From the NCBI GenBank assembly GCA_965207735.1, contig OZ242296.1, positions 1,984,001 through 2,048,000 on the forward strand: 64,000 nucleotides of DNA, read 5' to 3'. Origin of the DNA: Candidatus Versatilivorator sp. (lineage in GTDB: Bacteria > Acidobacteriota > Terriglobia > Versatilivoradales > Versatilivoraceae). Below, one piece after another: positions 21,441-31,277 of the stretch. How positions within the stretch are numbered: the stretch's first letter is position 1; each line of letters begins with the position of its first letter. A program made the position numbers and the translations under genes. The notes below the pieces were generated by a model. It did no database searches, was not told the DNA's origin, and saw only the letters and a program-made list of their open reading frames with translations.

Positions 21441-22175
21441 TTTCTCCCCCTCCGGTGCGGCGCCACGACGCGCCGTACGAGGCGGGGACGCGCAGGGCCG
21501 GCGCCGCACGGCGCTTTGGCCCGGAGGACTCGGGGAATCCGTGCCAACCCGCTTCCAATGCGGATTCCCGGGCACAACCTGGACCACAGCGGGGAGGGCT
21601 TCGCCCTCTGAGAGTGGAGCGTTGGGGTTGTTGAGGGGACGCGCCACCACGTGCGCCACCACCGTGCGCCACCCCTCCTTTGTAAGGTGGCCACCCATAT
21701 GACGGCACGAGCGTGACCCCCGGAGGCGGAAATCGTCGATCATTTCGCGGCCGTTGGAGGCCGGGTTTGCCTGCTCCCATCGGGCGATCTTCTCCATGAC
21801 GACATCGAGGCCGCCATGGCGTTCGACCATCGCCCAACCGGCTACAGCGATGGCTTGCCTGAGGGCCGCATCTGGCGACTCGACCGCTCCCATGTCTCAG
21901 GATCCCCGGGCCTGGAGAACGCGCTGGGTGTGGTCGAGATGGTGCTGGTCCTAAACGACCGCGAATACCTCGACAGTCCAGTTTGCCTTGCAACCGGCCG
22001 CGTGAGTATGATGCGTCTTATCTGTCCGAGAAATCCGTGGCGGTACAGACTGGATTCTCGGCGCCCCGCTTATCCTGATGTTGATTGGCTTGCTCGCTGA
22101 TAGACTGACCCGGCGCTAGCCGCCGAGTTGCTCCGCCAAATCGAGGACTGCCGCGAGGCACGCAAAAGAAAAGGG

Positions 22176-23438
22176 ATGGACCACGCTAACCTGTTTAACC
22201 CGTTTAGTTCGCTGCCTCCTGAATATGAGAACCGCTTGACGTGGGCGTTCCTTGTGGCTCTCAAGTATGATCCGCTCCTTCAGAATTTTTTCCGCGAACT
22301 GGTGGAATCAAGACTGCCGCAGAAGGCGCGAGACCTCAGTAACTTCTGGCACCCCGCGCGCGTTGCTACGCAGACGAAATGGATTGACCCATCTACCATC
22401 CAGCTGGTTTCCGTACTCCTCACTGATGACACCATTCAAGACGTGCAGGTCGAGTGGTCGGATCGTGACCCCCGGTACGATGGCGTAATCGAATTTCCAG
22501 ACGGCCTCACGTTTATCGTGGAAAACAAACCTTCCCATGGCAATGTATGGGCGAAACAATTGTCGCCGAGCCGGAGGTCTTTTTCGGGAAACATTGACGA
22601 TTGCACCCTGCATGGTACAGCGATATGCCTGGCGTGGTCAGAAGTTCTGGAAGGTGTATTGGAGTACGTTAACTCCAAAATCGCGCTCTTTGGCAGCCGC
22701 GAAATTTGCCTTGATTTTCTGTCATTCGTGGATGAGTTCCACCCTCGCTTGACTCCCTACCGCACGTTCAGGCTCTGTGGTGACAGGTCTCAGGCACTCG
22801 AAAGACGGACGAAACGGCTGTTGGATGTTTTGGCGAGCAGATTAGGGCTGGAACGTCGGGAAAACTACCTGTTCCGACCAGGCAAGATTGCCGAGAGAAT
22901 TGCGATTTTGGTCGAAGATGGGCCGACGCTCAAGGTAAGTCTTTGGCCGGCAGATACCGTGTGCCAGGCTCGTCGGTTCTACGAAATTGTGGACAGGACG
23001 GCTTTCTTGGATTTGAATGAATGGCAGGTCGAACCTAATCTCCACTTTTCATTCATGAACAGTCACCTAATCTGGGCCAAAACCACTTGGGAAACTGATA
23101 GGTATTTCGATGATTTCGCAGACAGGCAGTTATATGGGCAAATGAACCAAGCCAGACTGCTTCCTTTGGCACAACAATGGGAGAAAAAAGGCCTAATCAC
23201 AGGCAAGGATCGGGGCGATATCGAATATCAGTTCAATTCAACGAGGCGAGAGACCCTTAATGTAATCCCTGGATTTTGTGTCTATCGGGTATGGGACCTC
23301 AACACCGTTATCAAGTTGGAGGAGAGCCGAAAACTCGAAGACGAAATCATTGACGCGCTTGTCAATCCCCTCGAGAGCTGGAAAGAAACTCTAGAAGCGG
23401 GACAACACGGATTTCCCGCGTCTGATGCGACAAAGTGA
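22176..23438 (+). CDS. hypothetical protein with PD-(D/E)xK nuclease-like motif
   Basis: ENRLTWAF helix, then RYDGVIEF...FIVENK (E...D...ExK). Visibly more AT-rich than the flanking chromosome. Cargo of the integrative element. Confidence 0.65.
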   Translation: MDHANLFNPFSSLPPEYENRLTWAFLVALKYDPLLQNFFRELVESRLPQKARDLSNFWHPARVATQTKWIDPSTIQLVSVLLTDDTIQDVQVEWSDRDPRYDGVIEFPDGLTFIVENKPSHGNVWAKQLSPSRRSFSGNIDDCTLHGTAICLAWSEVLEGVLEYVNSKIALFGSREICLDFLSFVDEFHPRLTPYRTFRLCGDRSQALERRTKRLLDVLASRLGLERRENYLFRPGKIAERIAILVEDGPTLKVSLWPADTVCQARRFYEIVDRTAFLDLNEWQVEPNLHFSFMNSHLIWAKTTWETDRYFDDFADRQLYGQMNQARLLPLAQQWEKKGLITGKDRGDIEYQFNSTRRETLNVIPGFCVYRVWDLNTVIKLEESRKLEDEIIDALVNPLESWKETLEAGQHGFPASDATK

Positions 23439-23626
23439 AGCGAGGCGGGGACAGCGGGGCCGGCGGCGCACCGCGTAGTGCCGGGGAGCCAGCCTACCCA
23501 ATGTAATACATTGGGGCTGGCGAGGGGCTCCGGCCCCTTCGAACCCCCGACCGGGGGAACACCCCCCTGCCCCCCATCATCCCCGCCGCTCCCTTCTCCC
23601 TCTCCCGGGAACTTCGAGCCTGACTC

Positions 23627-24856
23627 TCACCCTGGCTTACCCCGGGCACCCGACCCCTGGGCCAGGTAACGCGCCCAGTCGTCCATCAGGACACGCCGGC
23701 GCTCGAATAGGTCCGAGCGGGCATAAGCCGCCTCCACCCGGTTGCGGACCACATGCGCCAGGGCCGCCTCGATCACCTCCCGGGGATGGTCGGTCTCCTC
23801 AGCCGCCCAGTCCCGGAAAGTCGAGCGGAAGCCGTGAGGCACCGCCGCAATCCCAAGCTGGCGCAGCAGTCGGCGCACCGCGCTGTCATGCAGCGGCCTC
23901 CCGCCTCCATGGGTGAACACCAGCGGACCGTCTCCTTCATTCAGCTTCTGCGCCGCCTCGAGAATCTCCAGGGCTCGGCCACACAGTGGCACACGATGCC
24001 GGCGGTTCGTCTTCGCCCGCCTTGCCGGGACGGTCCACACCCTCCCGCTGCAATCGATCTCCTCCCACTCGGCCCACCGAACCTCACTCCACCTGGCTGC
24101 CGTCAGCACCAGGTACTCGAAGGCCAGCTTCGCGGCCGGCACCGCTGCCGATGCCTGCACCGTCCGGATCGCCGCAGCCACCTCCCGATGGGGCACGGCC
24201 TGCATGTGCTCGGTCACGTCCTTTTGGTGACCCAGCACCGGGGCGATCCGGTCACAGGGGTTGTCAAGACGGAACTCCATGGCTACGGCCCATTCCAGGA
24301 CCGCACGCAGGCGCTGGCGCACCCGCTTGGCCGTGGCGACCTTCCGGTGCCAGAGAGGCGTGAGGATCTCAAGCAGATCGGCGCTGGTGACCTCGGAGAC
24401 CGGCATCTTGCCGATGCGGGGAAAGGCGTACCGCCTCAGGCTGGACATCCACTCGCGATGGTGACGCCGGCCGCGCCAGCCGTCCTGCTTCTGTTCCAAA
24501 ACACGCATGGCGGCTTCGGCGAAGGTGAGGATGCCCTCGGCGCGGCGCTTCTCGGCAAGCGGGTCCCCGCCCTGGCGAGCGAGCTTGCGGTTGGCGAGCG
24601 CCTTCTCCCGGGCCTCGGCCAGGGAGACCAGGGCAACGCTGCCGAGTCCGAGCTCGCGGCGGCGGCCTCGGATAAGGAGGCGTTGAATCCAGGCGCGTGT
24701 TCCGCTGGGCTGGACGAAGAGGTACAATCCGTTTCCATCGGCGTGTCTACCGGGCGGAGCGGAGCGAATGAAGGCAGGAGAGAGGGCCTTATGGGGATGG
24801 CGGCCCTTGGGTTTGGTTTTGGGTAGCAGACGGGCGGGATGTGATCCAGTAATCAT
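23627..24856 (-). CDS. tyrosine recombinase/integrase (P4 IntA-like, arm-binding N-domain)
   Basis: PGRHADGNGLYL...W...ELGLG...SLAEAREKA arm domain. Catalytic residues are intact: LTAARWSE, AKT, HGFR, LAH, AAY. Confidence 0.95.
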   Translation of the reverse strand: MITGSHPARLLPKTKPKGRHPHKALSPAFIRSAPPGRHADGNGLYLFVQPSGTRAWIQRLLIRGRRRELGLGSVALVSLAEAREKALANRKLARQGGDPLAEKRRAEGILTFAEAAMRVLEQKQDGWRGRRHHREWMSSLRRYAFPRIGKMPVSEVTSADLLEILTPLWHRKVATAKRVRQRLRAVLEWAVAMEFRLDNPCDRIAPVLGHQKDVTEHMQAVPHREVAAAIRTVQASAAVPAAKLAFEYLVLTAARWSEVRWAEWEEIDCSGRVWTVPARRAKTNRRHRVPLCGRALEILEAAQKLNEGDGPLVFTHGGGRPLHDSAVRRLLRQLGIAAVPHGFRSTFRDWAAEETDHPREVIEAALAHVVRNRVEAAYARSDLFERRRVLMDDWARYLAQGSGARGKPG

Positions 24857-25283
24857 CCCCCCATTATATAGGGGATGGCAATGGATTGCAAGGGAGGTTA
24901 TGGGCTGGCCGAACGGCTGCGGGACTCAGTTAAGTCAATGATAATAAATACAGTTATGGACATTACTGGACAAGAATGGACGTAGCTGGAACTTGATAGG
25001 ATGTTGTCGCACGGGAAGCAGACTCGCTCAATGATCGAGTGCGCATTTGCGGATGTCCAGGACTGCAAGCCAGACCCCCGCCCTGCCGTGCGGATCATTC
25101 GAGAGTGAAACAATCGGAAATCGTCAATCCTTTCGCGAACTTGGCACCCCGTCGCGGCCACTCTCAGCGCCTTAGTGCCCCTTCGTGGTTCTTCGTGGCC
25201 CTTCGTGGATAGCTCTTTTTCTTTTTTCTTTTGTTTCTCTTGTTTCAGGCAGGCCGACCAGGAAATCGGTTCCGCACAGGCCC

Positions 25284-28200
25284 CTATTTCCTCGCCGGCA
25301 GGTAGGCTCCGTCGCCGCTACGTTGTCCTGGAGCCCCGCCGTCGTTGACCACCCCGTAGGCCAGGAACGGGTTCTCCCCCGACACCTTCTCGATCCGGAT
25401 GTACCCCTGCCTGGTCTCCGGGTTGGCTCTGAGCAGAACCCTGTTGATTTGATGCCAGCCCCGGGCCGGGATCGGCTTGGTGACCACCGTCTCCTCCAGC
25501 AACCCCGTCTCCCCGTTATAGATCTCCAGGTGAAAGACGCTCTCACTCTCATCCACTTCGCCGGTGTTGACCAGCGCCAGGTTGCTGCGGTTCTCCTCAT
25601 TCTGCTGCAACCCATTCACCCAGGCCTCCTTCTCGAAGGCCTCACCTTCCGGCACCGCGTTGTAGAAAACGCTGTACTGCCCGCCGCCTCCTTGAGACCC
25701 CGTCCTGGCCCCAATCACGATCCCGCTCAGGTCTCCCTCTTCGGCCGTGACGAACAACGGCCCCAGGTAGAAGCCCCTGCTCCTGCCCAGCTTCGCCATC
25801 TCCTCTCGACGCAACTCCTCCACCAGCTCGGGAACGATCTGCTGCTCTCCGGCTTCCAGCTCCATGCTGAAGCCCACCCTCTTGTCCTCCCCCTTGATCT
25901 GCTCCGACACAAATTCCAGGTTCAGCGTCCTGGGCTCCTGGGAGAAGTTCGTCACCGTCAGCTCGCTCCTGAACTCACTCGTCTCCACGATCACCGGCAA
26001 CGTCTGGGCCATCTTCCCTTCCAACGAACTGGCCGTCACCGGAAAGACGAACGACCCGTCCGAGTTCACCTGGTCGTTGATCACCCCGTAAGCGTAGAAG
26101 GGCGCCTCTCCTTCCACCCGCTCCACCTTCACGTAGCCGCTCTCCACACTGCCCAGCAGCCCCGAGTACTGGTGAAACCCTCCCGGCTCGAGCGCTACGT
26201 CGTCCAGCTCCCGGGCAGTCGCATCCCCCGCCTCTCCCGAATACACCGTAGTCCTCAGGATGATCGCTCCCTCCCCCGGTGACCCCATGTTCTGGAAGGC
26301 AACGTTGGAGCGATCCTGACTGTTCTGCCGCAGTCCGCTCAGATAGACGGCCTCGGTAAAACCCTCTTCCTCTGCCACCCCCAGATAGGCCAGCCCCGCC
26401 TTCCCATCAGGCACCAGCGTCGCCGTCCGCACCACCGCCTCCACCTCAGAGCCCAGCGGCACCTCCACCCGCAACGTCCCCAGCTGGTTCCCCGTTTCGG
26501 GAATCGGGACCCCAAGACCCCTCAGGTAGTCGAGGGCGTCGATCTCGATCTTCTGTCTGCCTGCGGACAGCATGTCCGAGGCTTCCCCGCTTCTCTTTTC
26601 AGGCTCGTCCCTGGACGTATAGGTGAAGTTGAGCTCTACCTCCTCGTCCCCCCGGTTGGTCAGCGTCAACTCCGAGGTGAAAAAGGACTGGTTCCGGCCT
26701 GCTGAGGAGAGAATCACCGGGACGAACAGTGACCCCGTTGTCAGGCGGAAGCTCCCCTCGGCCGGACCCTCATCGCCGCAGTCATAGGCGAACCTCCCCA
26801 ATTCAGACTCGGTGAAGCTCAAACGAATCTCGCAGGAGGCCCCGTCATCGTAGTCCAGCCTCACTGTCCCCATGTGAAGACCTGTCTTCTCATAGGTGTA
26901 AGTGCCCGATCGGGAGGCATCTCCCGACTCTGTCTGTTCGAAGCGGTTGCCGTCTCCGAACTGTAGCTCAAAAGTTCTCGCAGCCCCGTCTTCACCTGTC
27001 AGGTTCAAGGTCAGCCGTTTGCCCTCCAGGTCTGCCTCGGTAAGTTCCGGCGGATCATCTCCCACTTCTTCCGTGGCTTCTTCCGAGGCGACCCTGAGGA
27101 TCAGGTCTCTGCCGCCGCCGTTCGAGGTGGTCACATACAGCGCCCCGTCGGGGCCCATCATCGGGGTCCGGAGCCGGCCGTAGGAGCGATCCAGCTCGGA
27201 GACAATGACCTGACCGACGAAGTCGCCCTCCGGGGTGAACTCGAACAGACGCAGCCGGCTGTCCCTGAGCGTGGCCACAGCCAGCCGCCCCTCCCAGACG
27301 CCCCATTGCCTGCCCTCCAGGAAGATACCGCCGCTCACGGCCACGGTCGGTGACCCCGACGACCACTTGGCCTCAACCGCGTCGGGGAACTTCGCCCGGT
27401 CGGTCATGGGAACGGATTCGTTGTAGCCGGGCACCGGATCCCAGCCGTAGTTGCCGCCGGCAACCAGCAGGTTGATCTCGTCGTCCACTCTCGGTCCGTG
27501 TTCCACCCCCCACATCTGACTGGTGCCGGGACGCAGCGCCAATCCCTGCACGTTTCGGTGGCCATAGCTGTAGACCCGCGAGGGAGCCAGCGGGTTTGTG
27601 TCCGCTCCTGCACCAGTGGCCGGGTCGACTCGAAGCACCTTGCCTCCCAATGAGGTCAGATCCTGCGGGATCCTCCCCGAGGCCGCGTCCCCGGTCCCAA
27701 TCCACAGATAGCCCTCCGGTCCGAAGCGCAGCCGGCAGCCGCCGTGACGCCCGCTGGTGGCCGGGATGCCCCCGACCAGGGGATCGGCCACCCGGGTGGC
27801 CGCGGTGTAAACGGCGTTCATGGTCCAGGCGATCACCTGGACCTCGGGCCCGACGTGGCCCTGGCAGGTGTAGAAGCGGCGGTTGGAGGCGAAGTCCGGA
27901 TCGACCACGATACCCATCAGCCCGGTCTCGCCGACGGCGAACAAGTCTCCCATCTCTGCGTTGACCCTGCGAATTGTGCCGTCGGCCCCTCGGCTGCTGA
28001 GCACGCCCCGTTTCTCAGTGAACAGCATGGTCCCGTCGGGCGTGAAATCCAGATCCCAGGGGATGGTCAGGCCGGAAACCAGGGTGGAAACCAGCAGTTC
28101 GGGCGCGATCTCCGCGGTCTCGACCGACTGAAGAGTGAAGGTCAGGGTGGCGATCGGCTCGTTCGAGAACTTTCCCATACCCCGAATGCTGGTGATGACT

Positions 28201-29000
28201 CCCTGCGGCGTTGTGGCAGGGTTCGACAGTGAAAACTCGGTGCCTCCCTCAGTTCCGGCGTCCCACGGGTACAGGTTGACCGTCAGCGACGCCATCCATT
28301 CCCCCTGCTCATCCAGAAGGGACAGCCCGGAGACCCCCACGAACCAGTCCGGGCTCGGAGCGATCATGGTGAGCAGGGTGACCCGGGGATGATCGGTGGT
28401 GAGCATGACGCTGTCGATGGTGGACGAGCCTGTGGGCCGGATGTTGCCGCTGCCCAGCAGGACAGCGAGCGCATCAGGCGCGGCTGCCCTGACTTCGTTC
28501 GCCAGGGTGCTCGTCCCCCCCAGTTCCGCCATGAACTCGACCCCGGCGGTGGCCCTGCCGCCCTCCCTCAGGAAAGTCACGCCGGCATTGTGCACCCCTC
28601 CGATCAACCTGGTGAAATGCGCACTGCCTGGAAGGCCGCCGGAGGTGACGGCGGTGGTCCATAATCCCCGGAAGGTCACGCTGTAGGTGGCTTCCGAGTG
28701 AACCTCAACCGCCGGATCGCTCTCCGGCGGATCCAGCCACATATTGAACAGCGCATCGGCCTGACCCTCATCCGCGATCGCCGCCGCTGCATCGAATGGA
28801 TCCGACGCTGCCAGGCCCAGGGATGCAAGGCACGCCAGGATCAGGGTGGAGAGAGTTCGCCGCAACGGTCCGGCCCCATCCCGCCACCAAGAGTCGATCG
28901 GGGTGACCAGCAGCCGGAGGGTCGATTGCAGCCCCTTTGCCCGGACAACGATGAGGGAACGTGGGGGTAATGAGCTCGGGTACTCGGTTTTTTTGTCCAT
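25284..29000 (-). CDS. secreted modular protein: Spondin_N + PQQ-dependent sugar dehydrogenase beta-propeller + conserved C-terminal module
   Basis: Spondin_N motifs ATYSVTF, MIAPSPDWFVG and PWDAGT. GSDH motifs PWDLDFTPDG, HGGCRLRFGPEGYLWIGTGD, YGHRNVQG, DEIN, NYGW. The C-terminal ~580 aa are homologous to the end of the 4221-aa protein. Start uncertain. Confidence 0.85.
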   Translation of the reverse strand: MDKKTEYPSSLPPRSLIVVRAKGLQSTLRLLVTPIDSWWRDGAGPLRRTLSTLILACLASLGLAASDPFDAAAAIADEGQADALFNMWLDPPESDPAVEVHSEATYSVTFRGLWTTAVTSGGLPGSAHFTRLIGGVHNAGVTFLREGGRATAGVEFMAELGGTSTLANEVRAAAPDALAVLLGSGNIRPTGSSTIDSVMLTTDHPRVTLLTMIAPSPDWFVGVSGLSLLDEQGEWMASLTVNLYPWDAGTEGGTEFSLSNPATTPQGVITSIRGMGKFSNEPIATLTFTLQSVETAEIAPELLVSTLVSGLTIPWDLDFTPDGTMLFTEKRGVLSSRGADGTIRRVNAEMGDLFAVGETGLMGIVVDPDFASNRRFYTCQGHVGPEVQVIAWTMNAVYTAATRVADPLVGGIPATSGRHGGCRLRFGPEGYLWIGTGDAASGRIPQDLTSLGGKVLRVDPATGAGADTNPLAPSRVYSYGHRNVQGLALRPGTSQMWGVEHGPRVDDEINLLVAGGNYGWDPVPGYNESVPMTDRAKFPDAVEAKWSSGSPTVAVSGGIFLEGRQWGVWEGRLAVATLRDSRLRLFEFTPEGDFVGQVIVSELDRSYGRLRTPMMGPDGALYVTTSNGGGRDLILRVASEEATEEVGDDPPELTEADLEGKRLTLNLTGEDGAARTFELQFGDGNRFEQTESGDASRSGTYTYEKTGLHMGTVRLDYDDGASCEIRLSFTESELGRFAYDCGDEGPAEGSFRLTTGSLFVPVILSSAGRNQSFFTSELTLTNRGDEEVELNFTYTSRDEPEKRSGEASDMLSAGRQKIEIDALDYLRGLGVPIPETGNQLGTLRVEVPLGSEVEAVVRTATLVPDGKAGLAYLGVAEEEGFTEAVYLSGLRQNSQDRSNVAFQNMGSPGEGAIILRTTVYSGEAGDATARELDDVALEPGGFHQYSGLLGSVESGYVKVERVEGEAPFYAYGVINDQVNSDGSFVFPVTASSLEGKMAQTLPVIVETSEFRSELTVTNFSQEPRTLNLEFVSEQIKGEDKRVGFSMELEAGEQQIVPELVEELRREEMAKLGRSRGFYLGPLFVTAEEGDLSGIVIGARTGSQGGGGQYSVFYNAVPEGEAFEKEAWVNGLQQNEENRSNLALVNTGEVDESESVFHLEIYNGETGLLEETVVTKPIPARGWHQINRVLLRANPETRQGYIRIEKVSGENPFLAYGVVNDGGAPGQRSGDGAYLPARK

Positions 29001-29199
29001 ACTCAATCTAGATTTCTCGAGTCGAAACAACGTTGCCAAATAAACTAGCCTGGCCACCCTGCCGGGCAGATTATTCGAGGGAAAACGGTCGATCGTCAAT
29101 AAAGACGCACCACGAATGAACACGAATATACACGAATACAGATGGACTTCCTTCAACGACATGCAACACCAAAATGCTTCTGCAAGATTGTTACTTTGG

Positions 29200-31194
29200 G
29201 TAGAGTCGAGGGGAGGCGCGCCGGCCTTAGATCGAGGGAGTCGCTGTTGCCGGCGGCTTTCGCCACTCGCCGGTGCCTCAATCTCGTTCCTCGCTGCGTT
29301 TCCTCGCCCCCGCTCGTCAAACCGGACGTGCGGTTTTCCCGCATCCGGCTTTCAGTCAAGATCATGCCTTCGCCCTCGGAAGGCTCTGTGGCTTCGACCC
29401 CAGGCAAGTGAGTCCATAGGTTTTCCATAGTCTCTCGTCCGAGAAGCGCACACTCCCCCCGGTCCTCACCTTGTGCTTCCGACAGAGCCACTGACGCAGC
29501 CGCCCGCCCGCGTGGCGGTCGATCGCTCGGTAGGCCGGGCTCACCTGCCCCAGAACGAAGTAGTTCGCCCACCCGGTCATCGCCCGGTTCAGGTGTTCTA
29601 CCATCTGTCCTCGAAGCAGCGTCCCGTTCCTCGGCGCCGTCCACTCGCTGATCTTGCGGCAGATGCTCTGGACGCTCGCCTGGCTGGGTCGTGTGCCGAT
29701 GTAGGCTCCTTTCCCTTTGGGGCGATAGTTGCGTCCGATGCGATATCCCAGAAACCCCATCGGTTCCTCCGGACACCGCAAGCATCGGGTCTTCCGCTCG
29801 TTGACCGGTAGCTTCAGCTCCTCCATGATCCGCTTGACCGCCGTCAGCATCTCTGCCGCCGGTGCCCTGCCGAGTACACGGAAGTCATCCGCATAGTTGA
29901 CGATCTCCGCACAGAAGCGCCGGGCATATCCCAGCACCTTCCAGCCCAAAACGAAGCGCCGCATGTAGAGATTGCTGAGCAACGGTGAGATCGGGGCTCC
30001 TTGCGGTGTCCCCTTCCGCTCCCGGCGCCCTCGGTTCCGGCGGCGTCTGCCACCCTTCCCGTCGTCCTCCTCCACCGGCATCTCCAGCCATGCCTTGATG
30101 AGCTTGAGCATCCTCCCGTCACTCACGCGCCGGGCAATGCTTCGAATCAGCTCCGCATGCGGAATCTCGCCGAAGTAGTTGGACAGGTCGCCGTCAACCA
30201 CCTCCTGGTAACCCCTTTGCAGGAGTTCATGCACGCGTTTGACCGCGTCGTTGGCACTCCGCCCCCGCCGATAGCCATATTGCTCCGGTTGCAGGTCCGC
30301 TTCGAAGATCGGCTCCAACACCAGCAAAGCCGCCGTCTGCGCTACCCGGTCCCGTATGCAGGGTATGCCCAAAGGCCGGAACTTGCCGGGCTGTTTCTTC
30401 GGGATCAGCACCTGCCGCACCGGCTTCGGTACGTAGGTTCCTTCCCTCAGGTCCCGCGCCAGTTCCCCCAGCCAGCCCTCCACCCCATACGCCTCGATGT
30501 CCTTGAAGCCCTCCCCGTCCACCCCGGCCGACCCGCCGTTTCGGCGTACCTGTGCCCAGGCTTCCTTCAGAAAGTCCTCTCGCCACACCTTGTCCGACAG
30601 CGCATGAAACCGCCGCTTGGGGTCCTCCTTCGCTTTCGCATGTAGCATGGTCTGGAATTTCCGAACCCCCTCTGACCCTGTTAGACTCTTGTCAGTGGCC
30701 ACGCCTTGCCTCCTTTCCATGCTGCTCTCAACTCAGGGTCCCTTCCCTCCACCGGCGTTACCCGGCTTCTCCGGTACTACCGACCCATCCGCCACCCTGA
30801 CGGCCCGGCCTGCCCCTCGCGGGGTCCCGGTTGATGTGTGCCGCATCTCCCCCAGGGCTTCCCGTGTTGCTGCCTTCTTCCCCTTCCATGCGTGCCAGCG
30901 TCACTACCCCGACGGAAGCGGATCGGTGCCCGCGTCGCTCTCTTCCCCATCCGCCAACGGCCTTCCCCTAAAGACAGGAGGGTCGGCTTCCGTATTGTCC
31001 GTTTCGAGGCCTGCTCGACGTTCACTCGCGTTCCGGCCCGCATGCTCGCTGAGCCGCCCTTGGCGGCCCTTGACCCCAGAGTGCTTCAGACCATTTCGTT
31101 ACCTCCATGATCCGCCCTGGCTGCTACCAACCGGAGCGACAGTTGTTGGGCGGGGTTCGCACCCGCCAGAAGAAGGCGCCTTTCCACGGCGCAC
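29200..31194 (-). mobile_element. complete group II intron (RT without En domain; class D/E-like)
   Basis: 5' end GTGCGCCGTGG at 31194. Domain V GAAAGCCGGATGCGGGAAAACCGCACGTCCGGTTTGACGAG (AGC triad) at ~29315-29355. 3' end ...CTCGACTCTAC at 29200. Confidence 0.9.
29362..30720 (-). CDS. ltrA: group II intron reverse transcriptase/maturase
   Basis: SAGVDG, RPLGIP..RDRVAQ, YGYR, DLSNYF, GTPQGAPISPLLSN, YADD, FLGY, and maturase X domain GWANYF. Confidence 0.95.
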   Translation of the reverse strand: MERRQGVATDKSLTGSEGVRKFQTMLHAKAKEDPKRRFHALSDKVWREDFLKEAWAQVRRNGGSAGVDGEGFKDIEAYGVEGWLGELARDLREGTYVPKPVRQVLIPKKQPGKFRPLGIPCIRDRVAQTAALLVLEPIFEADLQPEQYGYRRGRSANDAVKRVHELLQRGYQEVVDGDLSNYFGEIPHAELIRSIARRVSDGRMLKLIKAWLEMPVEEDDGKGGRRRRNRGRRERKGTPQGAPISPLLSNLYMRRFVLGWKVLGYARRFCAEIVNYADDFRVLGRAPAAEMLTAVKRIMEELKLPVNERKTRCLRCPEEPMGFLGYRIGRNYRPKGKGAYIGTRPSQASVQSICRKISEWTAPRNGTLLRGQMVEHLNRAMTGWANYFVLGQVSPAYRAIDRHAGGRLRQWLCRKHKVRTGGSVRFSDERLWKTYGLTCLGSKPQSLPRAKA

Positions 31195-31277
31195 TATCAC
31201 TTCGTGGATAGCTCTTTTTACCCCGGGCCCGACCCCGATTGTGCATGCCGAACATGGTTTACGCCTTACCCCCCAAC

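Larger units (their letters stand above)
20791..25014. mobile_element. ~4.2-kb integrative element (tyrosine integrase) bounded by a 7-bp direct repeat CGCACGG
   Basis: CGCACGG at 20791-20797 and 25008-25014. Joining the flanks restores a colinear copy of the 11821-11940 repeat. AT-rich sub-terminal motifs at 20816-20839 and 24931-24956 are imperfectly inverted. The integrase lies at the right end. Confidence 0.8.

Noticed and set aside
21414-22100. ORFs 21414-21893(-) and 21816-22100(+) as Rep/excisionase genes
   Set aside because: They have no recognisable Rep, relaxase or HTH motifs and overlap hairpin-rich sequence, so they were left uncalled.
21727-25137. 23-bp direct repeat CGGAAATCGTC(G/A)ATC(A/C)TTTCGCG (21727-49, 25115-37) as attL/attR
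   Set aside because: The right copy lies within the dispersed-repeat sequence outside the boundary defined by the CGCACGG duplication, which cleanly restores an interrupted repeat. It is more likely a repeat fragment.
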